Positions 38,185 through 50,278 of a stretch of DNA of 64,000 nucleotides are shown here, in pieces (positions within the stretch are counted from its first letter, which is position 1; the number at the start of each line of letters is the position of its first letter). The DNA is from Callorhinchus milii (Eukaryota), in NCBI RefSeq assembly GCF_018977255.1, contig NW_024704742.1, positions 103,976,001-104,040,000 of the forward strand, given 5' to 3'. Below the pieces are notes generated by a model. It ran no database searches. It saw only the letters and a list, made by a program, of their open reading frames with translations, and had not been told where the DNA came from. Both the position numbers and the translations under genes were made by a program.

Positions 38185-38505
38185 TACAATACAAAATTAC
38201 ATTTGTATAGCGACTTTCACAATGGGAGGATGTCCCAAGGCGCTGGACAGTCAGGGATTTTGACCCGAGCTGGGGGTCGGGTTCGGGGAGGATGGAGGGT
38301 GGACTAAGGCTTGGTCGAAGAGGAGGTTTTGAGATGAGCCTTGAAAGAGGCAAGGGAGAGAGCGAGGCGAAGGGAATGTGGGATGGAGTTCCATAGGGTG
38401 GGGGCAGAAAGGCTGAAGGCCTGGCCACCGATGGTGGAGCGGGCCAGATGGGGGATGTGGAGTAAACTGGAGCCCGCTGAGCGGAGGGAGTGGACAGGTA
38501 GGATC
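38185..38505 (-). mobile_element. L2 3' end in APC intron 8
   Basis: Reverse-complement L2 3' UTR (cagcgccttgggacatc...gtgaaagtcgctatacaaatg). Confidence 0.8.
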
Positions 38506-39901
38506 TAAACAGTATGTTGCTTGTCAGTAAAATCAAGCAAGAATTCAAAAGTAACTTACTTGGGAATCAGCAGGTTAGGGTAACGTAGAATGCTTATATT
38601 TTGTATAGCATAACCCCAGCCATAGAGGCAATAATCTGGTTTTCTATTCACAATTCAGTGACTGGCTCTACCAGTGACACATATTTTAGAAATGCAATTT
38701 AATTCAGACTTTTATACACTTCAAAAATCAAAATTATCAGCAAATCCTGTAACCCAGCAAATGGATTAAATAACAAAATCTAATAGTGTATTTTACTTTT
38801 TTGTCAAAAAGAAAACCAAGGTTTAGAAACTGGATTTTCCACAATCACTGCCTCTTCCTTCAGTCTCGGTAAGATAATTTGAGCCACAGATTTCATCACA
38901 GACCTCCACTGATATGCTTTCATGACAAGCTGACAGGGAGGTATGCTTCAGTGTGGTGGGCTTGGCCCCACTAGTTGTTCCTCTCCCTCGAGATGAAGCG
39001 TTCCAGCACCACAGGGTGCTCCAATCTATTGTGCCCCCTGACAAGACAGCAGAGCAATGCTGACTATGAGGAATCAATCTTCGTTGACTGCTGAGCCTGT
39101 GCTTCTCAGCATTGCAGAGTGACGGTGGTATATTACTAGATCACTCTGGTAAGAATTGTGTGCAACAGCTAAAAATTCACTGCAAATCATTACAGAAAGC
39201 CAATTTTAAAGTTTAACAAGCATACATGGATATCGTCACTTGTCTATTCAGTTATTTAATCCTATTTACTGATCCCGTTGCTAATTTATTACCCATTCAG
39301 CAGCACGACCGAGTTCAAATTTAAAATAAAGTCACATTAGAATCATAGCTTTAGCAAACAAATCCATGTTCAAAGAGCAGAAAACTAGCTACAGCAAAGC
39401 AAGCAAAGCTACTTTTGTAGATGAGATTAGAATTAGTAGTAACATGAAGAAATAAATTATAACATCTGGATCATCGTCAGAACTCTTGAGAATTGCTCAC
39501 CTTTCCCTTCGTTATTCAAAATAGTATTTTGCATTTTGAATTTTCATCATGTAAGAATGAATTATTAAATACTTTTATGCGTTCAGGAAAATTATTCTGC
39601 TGCGAGATCAGCAAATTGGGGCCCTTAACTTTTGCTAGAATTCTTTCAGATTTCTGACACAATTAGATTAAAATACTGTATAGTCCTTACTGTGATCTTT
39701 AACTTCTGTCGACATATTCAATGATTGTCAATCATTACATAAAGCACCATTTTAAAAATACTCAAAAGGACACAGTAAGGAACATTACATGCATTTGTTA
39801 ATAACAGCAAAACATACTGATAAAGCAGCCAAAGCACTGTTAAAATTGATGTATTAGAAAAAATGCAGTGTAGCGACCTGTAGTCTGGAATCTTCGGTTA
39901 C

Positions 39902-40000
39902 CTTGGTACCCAGGTGACTTGTCAGTCTTCGAGGAACTGAGTAAGAACTACTACAGCTCATCACACTAGCAGCGTCTTGCTCAACCCGTGCCCCTGAACC
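39902..40000 (-). CDS. APC: APC legacy exon 8, 99 bp
   Basis: ttttag|GGT TCA GGG...ACC AAG|gtaacc; GSGARVEQDAASVMSCSSSYSVPRRLTSHLGTK. Confidence 0.95.
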
Positions 40001-40186
40001 CTAAAACATACAAAAAAGGATTAGAAGCGTTAAACCACCTCATCAATAATACAATATTTCTGGAAATGTAATCTTGCATGAAATTGTGAAAATGATTCAC
40101 GGTGCCCACTTCATTAAAACTACTGTGGCACAGTGGTTAGAGCACTCTCCTTGCAAGCGAGAGGACATGGGTTCCATTCCCGGGCA

Positions 40187-42095
40187 ACAACAACAACATC
40201 AACTTTACATTTGCATACGCCTTTCACGTCGGGAGAATGTCCCAAGGCGCTGGACAATCGATGTTTCGGACCCAAGTTGGGGATCGGGGAGGGTGGAGGG
40301 AGGGCGGGGTGGGGAAGGAGGGTGACTGAAGGCACGGTCGAAGACAAGAATCTTGAGACGGGGGGGGGTGGGGGTGAGGCAGAGCAACTGTGGGATGGAG
40401 TTCCAGAGGTGGGGGCAGAGTGGATGAAGGCCTACCTGCCAATGGTGGGGCAGGCGAGACGGGGACGTAAAGCAGGCTGGAGCCTGCTGAGCGGAGGGAG
40501 CAGGCAGGTTGGTAGGGTTAGGAGGTCAGAGAGGTAGGGGGAGCAAAGCCATGGAGGGCTTTGAAGATGAGGACCACAATATTGAATTATATGCTCTGTA
40601 TCAGGGGAGCCAGTGGAGACGGGCGAGGATGGGGCTGATGGGGTCTCGGAGCCTGGTGCAGGAGGGACACGGGCTGCAGAGTTCTGGATGATCTGCAGCC
40701 TGTGGAGGGAGGAGTTCGGGAGGTCGACAAACAGGGAGTTTGCATCGTCAAGCCTGGATGTTATGAATGCGGGTATGAGGGTCTTGACGGCCTGCAGTGT
40801 GAGACAGTGGTGGGAGCTGGGCAATGTAGCAGAGGTGGGGGAAGGCAGAGCGGGTCATGGCACAGATGTGGGATAGAAAGGATAGTTGAGGGTCAAACAA
40901 GGTGTCATGGTTCTGGACTGGCTTAGTAAGGTGGAATGAGCATCCTTGGATGGTGATGCTGTCAGTGCCTGAGGTGTGGATGTGCTGACGGGAGCCAAGC
41001 AGGAGGGCCTTAGTCTTGTTAATAATAAAAATAATCCATGCATTTGACACAGCACTCTTCATGTCTTCTAGACGTCTCAAAGCGCTTCATAGAAGATACT
41101 GAAAGTGAATTATTTTTTTTGGGAGCGAAACGCGGCAGCCAACTGCACACAGCAGTGTACCCACAAACAGTCGTGGATTGAAGTGACCAATTTATTATTG
41201 TTTTTTTTCTTGAGGGATTATTATCAGGTGTGTGGAGTAAGGAAACTCGGCCAGGGTTTCGCCCTGCCGGGTATCAAATACTGGTCTCTCACTTATGAAG
41301 CGAGTGCTTTAACCACTGAAATACAGGACTCCACGTTGACGTTCAACTGAAGAAAGTTAGCTCTCATCCAGGACTTGATGTCTGACAGACATTCTGTCAG
41401 GACAGTAGTGTTCCTGGAGTTGAGGGTGGAGGCAGAGAGATAGAGTTGGGTGTCATCCGCATACATATTGACTCCACGTCTGCTGATGATGTCACCAAGA
41501 GGAAGCATATTGATATTGAAAAGGAGGGGACCAAGGACAGAGCCCTGAAGAACTCTGCACTAGATGGTGCGGGAGCTAGAGGAAAAGTTATTTGTGGAGA
41601 TGAAGTGGAGACAGAGTGAGTGGTACGATCTGAACCATTCAAGGACAAAACCATGAAGGTTGAGGTGAGAAGAGAGGCGGTGGAGGAGGATTGAGAGGTC
41701 AACATAGGAACAGGAGTAGGCCATTCGGCCCTTCGAGTTTGTTGCCCATTTAATTAGATCACGGCTGATCTATACCTCAACTAATCCTTTCAATTCTAAT
41801 TTACCATTTTCTCCGCATATCCCTGACCTACCAAAAATCTATCAACGGTATCAAAGGCAGCAGAGAATCAAGGAGAACGAGGAGGCAGAAGGAGCCGTGT
41901 TGCAGATAGACAGAATGTCGTTCGTCATTTTGACCAGAGCTGTTTCTGTGCTGTGGATGGCATGGAAGCCCGATTGGAGGGGTTCCTGAAGGGAGAGGAA
42001 GGAGCGAAGCTGTGAAACAACGACTCATTCCAGGACCTTGAAAAGGAAAGGGAGGTTGGAGATGGGGCAGTAGTTTGAGAGCAGTGATGGGTCCA
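40187..42095 (-). mobile_element. L2 (about 1.9 kb) inserted into a SINE and itself carrying nested inserts
   Basis: (CAA)n tail at 40187; ITSRLDDANSL and [10 protein letters not shown] peptides; GGGCA at both flanks (40182-40186 and 42096-42100). Confidence 0.85.
41020..41331 (-). mobile_element. Same tRNA SINE family, nested in L2
   Basis: Head and tail recognisable; L2 sequence resumes on both sides. Confidence 0.85.
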
Positions 42096-42402
42096 GGGCA
42101 GGGCGAAGCCTTAGGCAAGGTTCCTTACTCCACACACTTTTTTACCTAGCAGTAAGTAGGAACCCAGTTGTTAGTCAATTGGCGGATCGCTTTTCCGGGG
42201 GTAATAATCCCTTCAAAAAAAACCAAAAATAATAATGTGGTCACTGAATCGACGACTGTGGGACACTGTTGTGCACAATTGGCTGCCGCATTTTTCCCAC
42301 AAAATATACAGTCACTACACTTTAAAGTATATTCTGTGAAGCGCTTTGAGACGTCTAGAAGACATGATAATGCGCTATATCAAATGCAAGGATTATTATT
42401 AT
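42096..42402 (+). mobile_element. Body and tail of a tRNA SINE whose head lies at about 40122-40186
   Basis: Starts gggcgaagccttaggcaagg, the sequence that follows the B box in intact copies. Confidence 0.85.
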
Positions 42403-44707
42403 AGGAGGATATAGATTACAAGAAGAAGAGGGAACTTGGTTGTGGTCAATACAGAACAAGAGCATTATTTTCCCATGTTCTGGAACTAGAAAAACACGGG
42501 CACAAAATGCTTCTTCAATACTAACTGATAAAATACAATGCAGGTAGAACAAAACAAAAAAACTCAACATTTATACAGATTTAATAATTTAACTGCAGCT
42601 GTATGTGATGACAGGTCATTCAACCTTGGCAAAAATGCCGGGCAATTCACTTGCAAAACTGTAGAAAGATTTATCTGGAAAGATACACACATGAATCTTT
42701 TAACATTTCATCTGTTTGAGATATAAGCATATCACCTACTCATTAGCCTGTGTAAATCTTTTTAGATACTGCAAATGCAAATCAATTCTTATTATAAAAT
42801 CCAACTTGAAAATAATTGTATCCAAATTCTACATAACACTCAAAATGGGGTAGAATTATTTTTACAGTATAAAAATTATTGCACACGATTTAATATATTC
42901 TCCTTAGGGGTGGCTCAACAGTTGCAAAGCTAATGTAGAAGATCGAAATTGTGATGCATTCAACACGAGTGTAATTTACGATTGAAACAGATGACCAAGA
43001 AGGGTGGTTGAGGCCAGAACCTGAGACTCATTTAAAAAGCAGCTTGATGCTGTGGTGGGAGGCTGATAGGGTGGTTATTCTGGAGGGATGAGATCAGATG
43101 GGCAAAAGAGCCTTCTTCAACCGAAGAGATCTTGTGAGAAGATTTTCCAAGGGATGCATCTTCCAGTCCAGGGTGGGTCAGCTAGTGTGTTAACCAAGAC
43201 ATGGCACTAACAGTATCAAAGATAGGTTGGGCAGTCTCCTCATGATGTAAATAAGGGCAGAGTTTAGGATAATGAAGATAGAACAGATAAAATGCCATAT
43301 TCCATTTGTAACCAGGATGTGAATTATGAACCATTTACAGCATTAAGCTACAAAAGAAGATTGATAAAGAGCAGGAATAAAAATAAAAATACTGTAATAT
43401 CTGTGATCCAACATTTGAAACTGTCAGATCAATTTTACTTCCAACAATACTGGAGCTTGAGTTACATATAAATTATAAATGAATATTTGTAGCACAGTAC
43501 TTTAAAGAGATTTGCAATATCTTGGAGCACAGACCTACAGAAACTGAGATTTACCCACTGCAGAATGTACCCTGCTATCAAACCAACAATGGCAGCACAC
43601 ACCCTTTAATGCTGTAATTTAGTGCTTCCTGTTCTGATCTAAACATTGAATGATTATTCCTAAAAAGACACTTCAGGATGCATTATCAACACTGATCAGC
43701 AAGGAAATAAACAGGAAGTCATCAATCTGATACAACCAATCCTTTAATCCTCGTTAATGTGATGTTTAGCTCACCATTTTGCCACTCGCTGAATTTGATG
43801 TAAAATAAACCCAGTTCAGTTTTTGCTGCTTGTGGCAGTGCTGCTTCTGCCCCCCAGCTAAACATTTGCTGCTGCTGCTACCTTAAGCAATGAAAATCCT
43901 TCACACAACGGGGTACAGGTACAAATTGAATGCAGCGGCCACTGGGAGAGGGACGGCGTGTTTGATGAGTGTCAGAGACACAAGCTAAGCATCAGATAAC
44001 ACAGCAATCACTGAAGATCAGCACATAATGAGTGAGCTTTTAGATGGATTGCGTAATCAGATCCACCCTACAAAGCATCTGTTCTCTGCTCTGCTCTAAT
44101 GGATTGCAAAGCCAAGGAAACCATTATTACTAGCCTTGATTGGATTTTTTTTCAATTTTGTTTTCATGGTCATATAAGGGTCTTTTGCTGAATACTGATA
44201 TTTTACTGAATATATAAATATGTGCCTCAAAGGGTCGATAATAGGGTTCAACGTAAAACAAAGTTTAAATTCAGCTAATCTGAACATTATAATCAAAACA
44301 GCAAGCCTACAATTTACATCCGGCCATCACCCTTCTTAACCCTTTGTGGTACTCTCTTTGCACATCAGTCTAAAAACTGTATTGTTAGCATGAACTATAA
44401 ATGCGCATACCAACAACACCAACAAACAACAAATTCCAAACATATCCAGTATTATTTTCATCATATTTTAGAATATTTAATAAAATTTTCATGGAATCAA
44501 GTTCAGGAAAATATATTTATCAGAACAATTGAGTACTTTGAGCTGCAGAGGATTAACCTAAACGATATTTCGAAGAGTACATTTATAAAAATACTCACTA
44601 TACTTCAGTTACTTAGGATGCAAACCCAGAAACAAGAAATGCACCAAATCCACCCCTGCCAGCAACCTTGTAATTCATAAGAAAAGGATTAAAATACCGT
44701 GGCTTAC

Positions 44708-44815
44708 CTGGCCACTCCCTGTGGTACCCATGCTGGCTTCTGTTGTTTCCTGACAGTCACTCGGCCCTTCTGCATCACGTGGCACCGGCTGTTCATGCTT
44801 ATTTTGCGATGCCTT
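44708..44815 (-). CDS. APC: APC legacy exon 7, 108 bp (105 bp with the NAGNAG acceptor)
   Basis: taaacag|AAG GCA TCG...GGC CAG|gtaagc; KASQNKHEQPVPRDAEG...GSGQ. Confidence 0.9.
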
Positions 44816-46257
44816 CTGTTTAAAGAAAAGCCTCGGCATTAAATTAAGAACATAGAAAAGGAGAAACATGGGGATTAGATGAAGCTCTCTGTGCCTCCAT
44901 GCTGTGGCTCTGCAGTGAAATTATGCTTGATGCTGTTACTCCTTAACCTCTGGCCTCAATAATTAGCAGCAAGCACATCCCCTCAATGACATGCTGAAAG
45001 TGCAGCATGTCCACTGAGATATAGCAGTCCATTACACGTTGCGGAGACAAAGGATATGTTCAAAAAAGCTACAGACCTCGTCCTTCTGATGAATCTTCTA
45101 ATGAAGGTTACACATAGAACATTAACCTAGTTTTCTCCTTCAGTTTTGCTGACTCTGCTGTGCATTTCCAGAGCTTTCTGTCTTTTTTATTTAACATTTC
45201 CAGCATTTTTTAAAACAATAAAATCACAGGACACCATGCTTTCCTGGCTGTGCAGTTAAAATGACAGGAAGGAAAAAAAAACTGTCTGAGGGATGGATGC
45301 AGAATGCATGAAGCAGCTCTGAGAGCATTCAGTCACATGACAAACATCCTGAGAATCTCGGGCCAATAAGCTACTACACGCTGAATGGCTCGTAATAAAA
45401 TAAAAACGAAATGGCCTCGGGGTAGACAGAAGCAGTCATCCTTTTTAGCACATACATTTAGAACAGCACTGCCATTAAAAATGTGTATTCCTAAAAAGTC
45501 TTTTCTGCGAATAGTTGGGTTATCAGAAGCACCACTCTTGCCTAAAAGCAAAAAAAAACTGTATAATAAAAGCCCAGCAGTCTTGAATATCTAAATTAAA
45601 AGCATTAATTACCCACTGGAACTGAAATTCTGCAAATTTAAGCAGCAAGCTACCTCTAGGTCAACAAACCTATTCAGGTAACAGATACAAGAATTCGGTG
45701 AAACTCCAAGGATTTTTTTTGTCATTTTGCAGCTGCAGCAGGCGTGAAGCCCTCTGAATACATCAAACTAGTTATATTTATAGAAATATGGAGAACATTT
45801 GATAAAAGGGAAAAATGAAAACCAGTCGCTTATGGGCTAGCAGAAAAATTGCATTTGCAAATTGATTTTAGAAATGTGCTGGAATCTGACATTCCCAGAG
45901 GTAGTCACACTATTCTAAAATAAAGCTTAAAAAAAATCTCTTTGACCTTGCCTTTGGTCAACATGGTTTAAAATTCCCTTTCCCTGGTCAATGCTCACTA
46001 TTAGATTTGTCAAGCATTTTGGAAACTTTGCATGAAAAGCACAATATAAGCTATTATAGATTATTATTAATAAATAAATATTATTATTGAAACAGTTACC
46101 AAAATATAGTAGTTACCTACTTGTTCCTTTTATTCCATATTACTGCACAAAGCCAATAGAAATTTACTTGATGTCAGATTTAGTCAACTACAGCACAAAA
46201 CAAATGCAGGGTTTTGTCATTTGCAGGCTCAAAGTGTCAAAAATGGTTTTATACCAA

Positions 46258-46584
46258 CCCACCCGTTCCCTCCTCTCAGCCGGCTCCGGCTGCTCCACGT
46301 CCCCCGACTCACCCACTCCACCATTGGCGGGAGAGCCTTCAGCCACTCTGCCCCCAACCTCTGGAATTCTATCCCCCAATCACTCCGCCTCGACCCCTCC
46401 TTAGCCTCCTTCAAGTCCCGCCTCAAGACCCTCCGCTTCTACCATGACAGCGGCCACCCCCCTTCCCCTCCCCTCCCTTCCCCACTCAATCCCAGCTTGG
46501 CTCTGAAATGTTGTTCTCTGTCCAGCGCCTTGGGACGTCCTCCCAATGTGAAAGCGCTAAACAAATGTAATCTTGTTGTTGTTA
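46258..46584 (+). mobile_element. L2 3' fragment in APC intron 6
   Basis: GGRAFSHSAPNLWNSIP peptide and L2 tail. Confidence 0.85.
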
Positions 46585-48222
46585 TAGAAACCAGGCTCGC
46601 AGCATAAATGCAGTTACCACGCAAGCTGCCAGTCTATCCTTATTCAACACCGAGACTCTCTCTCATCTGGTTCATCTTTTAAATATATGCACCCGACGTG
46701 ATGAATGTCCAGAAACCTAGCTTCAAATAATAATGATCCTTATATTTGATATAGCGCTTTATCAAGTCTCAAAGCGCGTCACAGAATACACTGTAAAGTG
46801 AATTGTTTGTATATTTTATGGACGAAATAATGGACAACAATGCCAAATTGGGCTCCAGCTCCATTACCAAGTAGGGGCATGAATACATCTGCCAAAAAAT
46901 GGGCAGAAAGTAGCTCCCCTCATTACCTGTCCAGTTTGAGAATGTAATCAAATCTTAGGACTGAACAGAGAACATCCATTTCCACAGAACATGCCTTGAA
47001 TGGTCATTTTCAATATTAGATCATCCTAAAACTCCACACTAAACAATTAAGCATGAGGGCTTAATACTTATCTCGTCTCCATTTCAAAAGGCCGAGTTTA
47101 GAATGTTATAGTGCTCACCAAGCAGTTTATGATCAAAGCCTAGCAAAAATAGATTTAACCTTCAGATTAGAACGCGCACATTACCAGTCCTTCACAAATC
47201 AAGAGTACACCCATCATTACAAATGTACTCAAAATAGTAACCAAAGGGAAGATCAAATGTTTCTTTAAAGATTCTATGGTGTTTAATTATTCTGGATTTG
47301 TGATGGATATTTGAAACCACAACTCTATAACTCTGATTGCTCTACAGATGAACTATGCAACTATTTTGTTGATACGACCCATTATCAAAAAATGCACTCC
47401 CCCCACTGCAGTATTAAATATCAAATAGTTAAACATGCAGAAACTCCAGAATTTCTATTGCCACCATCAAAATGTAAAAATAGTTGTTCCACCAAAGTCA
47501 CTGAACAAGTTATTCCGATATATAATTGGAAGCAAAAAATTTAATTGTGTTTATACAGGAGGCATTGATCATGCCAGTCTATCTTCTGCCCTGCATAGCT
47601 GAGCACAGTATTATGAATTTGTGAATTCATTATGTTACACAGATTTATTTCACAATGACGTTTTTATTCACAGCCACTTCAAAGCCCCAAATCATCTGAA
47701 AGAGCTACCAATAAATATAATCAACATTCCTTGTAATCAGACAGTGCTGGATCAGTGAACTCATCCACAATTTGGAGGGTTCAATCTGGAAAAAGAAGTT
47801 AATGATCCAAAAGTGCTTTAGTGCAATTTTGTGGTTCAAAGCAGATTTACATTGTTTTTTTGGATGCGCTTCATAAAAATCACATTGTACATTTTGTGTC
47901 ACATTCTCAAATACAGCAGTCAGTATTTTGACTGCATACAGCATTGTCTGTTTTTATCTTGAGGAAGGGAAATTGTACCTACACATAAACAAAGTTTTCA
48001 TCTGGTCAATTTTCAGTTGCTTTATCATCATCAATAATTTAAGAGAGAATTGTTTTTTTTTTAAAAAAGAAGCAGGATCAATATTTTCTAAATGAATCAG
48101 CATCAATTCTTATTCATGGAATGAAATGTGAGATGCTCTGAGTCTAACTAAACAAATCAGCCACACACTTCCAAAAAAAACATTATTTCAAAGCAAACTA
48201 ACAAAGGATAAAAGGCACTGAC

Positions 48223-48306
48223 CTCGGATTCCGTTGTCTGGGACTGCAAGTGCTGTCGTAAACGAAGCATGTCCTTTTCGATTTGCTGAATTCGTATCAC
48301 CCTCAT
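48223..48306 (-). CDS. APC: APC legacy exon 6, 84 bp
   Basis: ctgcag|ATG AGG GTG...TCC GAG|gtcagt; MRVIRIQQIEKDMLRLRQHLQSQTTESE. Confidence 0.95.
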
Positions 48307-48830
48307 CTGCAGTGGGATGAATTTGAGTCAGGTAAAATGGAACTTGGGGTCCAGGTTCTTAAAATGCTGGATGAATGCAATTTATACAGTTTTGACTCAA
48401 ACATGGATGCTTTAACTGAATGCAAAATGTTATTACTGTTATAGGACTGATGTGTTACTACCTAGAAAAGATCCAATTAGGGCAGAAATCCAATTTGCAT
48501 CCAATACTGATTCTAGAACTCCCTCCCTCTCACCCTATCGAAAAACCTACCACTTTGACCATGTCATCTCCCTCACTCCCCCTACCGCACTCAGTTTCTG
48601 GCACAGTCTCTGTAAAATGCTCAAAGACATTAGTTTAAATGAAGGATGCTGTATAAATGGAAGTTATTGTTGGATAGTCAGGGCTCATTCCCATCTTTGG
48701 ACGTCCTATCTTTATTGATACAAAACCACAGAAATAGTTTGGCAAAAAACGGATTTCACTGTACAAGCTTTTAATTATTCCATATGACGTCATCTCGACG
48801 TTCATAGAATTTGTACAATTGCAATGATAC

Positions 48831-48944
48831 CTGAGCTCGTTTCTCCATGTCTTGACAGGTTCCCAGTTGCTCTTCCATTGCAGATCGAATCTGTCGTGCT
48901 TCGTACTCTAACTGTCTTCTAGTCATGTCTGTCTGCAGAGAAAA
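48831..48944 (-). CDS. APC: APC legacy exon 5, 114 bp
   Basis: ggacag|TTT TCT CTG...GCT CAG|gtatca; FSLQTDMTRRQLEYEARQIRSAMEEQLGTCQDMEKRAQ. Confidence 0.96.
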
Positions 48945-50278
48945 CTGTCCAAAGATGGCCAATCAATGTAATTACTGTTTGCTCCTCTGGAGGCTTACAA
49001 AGGAACTTTAGGTATCGAACAATTACAGTATATTAATCCCAATAGATACAGAACCCAGATTTCAATAATTAAATAGAGAGAGAAAAAAAATGCAAAGGCA
49101 AGTCAGGGAAGAAAATGCAATTTTATAAAAGTCTTCACATTTAGAGGGGAAATATATTCATTGGGCAACCAGAAATAAAAAGTATACAATTAAAGAATTC
49201 AAATATCAAACACTTGAATCATCCATGCCATTAATAAAATTATAGAACATTAGTTGTTCAAGTGAGATAGCTTTGGGAATTGTGTGGAACCTTAAAAACA
49301 AACAGTTTAAAAACTTTAGTTACATAGAATCCATTTTTTTTACATTTAAATATTTTTTTATGGCCAAATATTTTTATTTGAAATAGTGTACTTCACTCAG
49401 CCAAAAAAGGCCACAAAAACGTTGCTCTCAATCGAAACAACCATAAAGCTACTGCTAGCAAAATCCCTCTGTAGACATGTTCCAGTCATTTTTGATGCCA
49501 GGTACAATGGAAACAACCATACTTTAGCTGGGTATAGGGAATACATAGATACAACACAAAATACCCACAGACGTCTAACATTTTCAAACTTTCCACCCAC
49601 TGCAGTGCTAATCCCCATACACTAGAATTTAAATATTATGGGAGAAAGCTCATGGTGGTTAATGATTTAAGTTACAATCACATCTTATTCTATCAGAGTG
49701 AGCAATTTTTGCACAGTCCAATGAAGTCTTACATTTCTATACCGCTATTTAATTTTCACTCGTGAAATATTGCTAGTTGTGGTCCTGCACCCAACAGCCT
49801 AGAATTTCAAGAGTTGACTAAGTTATAGGAAGCTACATTTCAACTGTTCTCTCATTTGAGTAAAATATACAATTCATGTGCATCAGAAGCATTGGAAGAG
49901 GTTCTCAAACTTATGAAATGCACTTACTGATTAATGAGAAATACTCAGTTAAATGTATTCAATTGTACATATTTATGCAAACAACATCATGATCGTTTGC
50001 TAGAACCGATGCCCATGTTTAACCATTCCAAACGATGACATCCTGGTATGAAAAACTGCATCACGCAATGCTTACTTCCTGCTAAAGAGGTCACTCATAT
50101 TATTTCAAGCAGGGGGGATTTTTGGTATCTTAAAAAAAAGCTAGACTTTTTTAAAAATATATACAAATGCAAATCCATGTGTGGAAGTTCACCTCAGCAT
50201 TCTATATTCTATGTTTGAATTTGGGTCACAATAGTTATTTTTTAATGGTAAGAACCCGACAATCATAATCAACTGATT

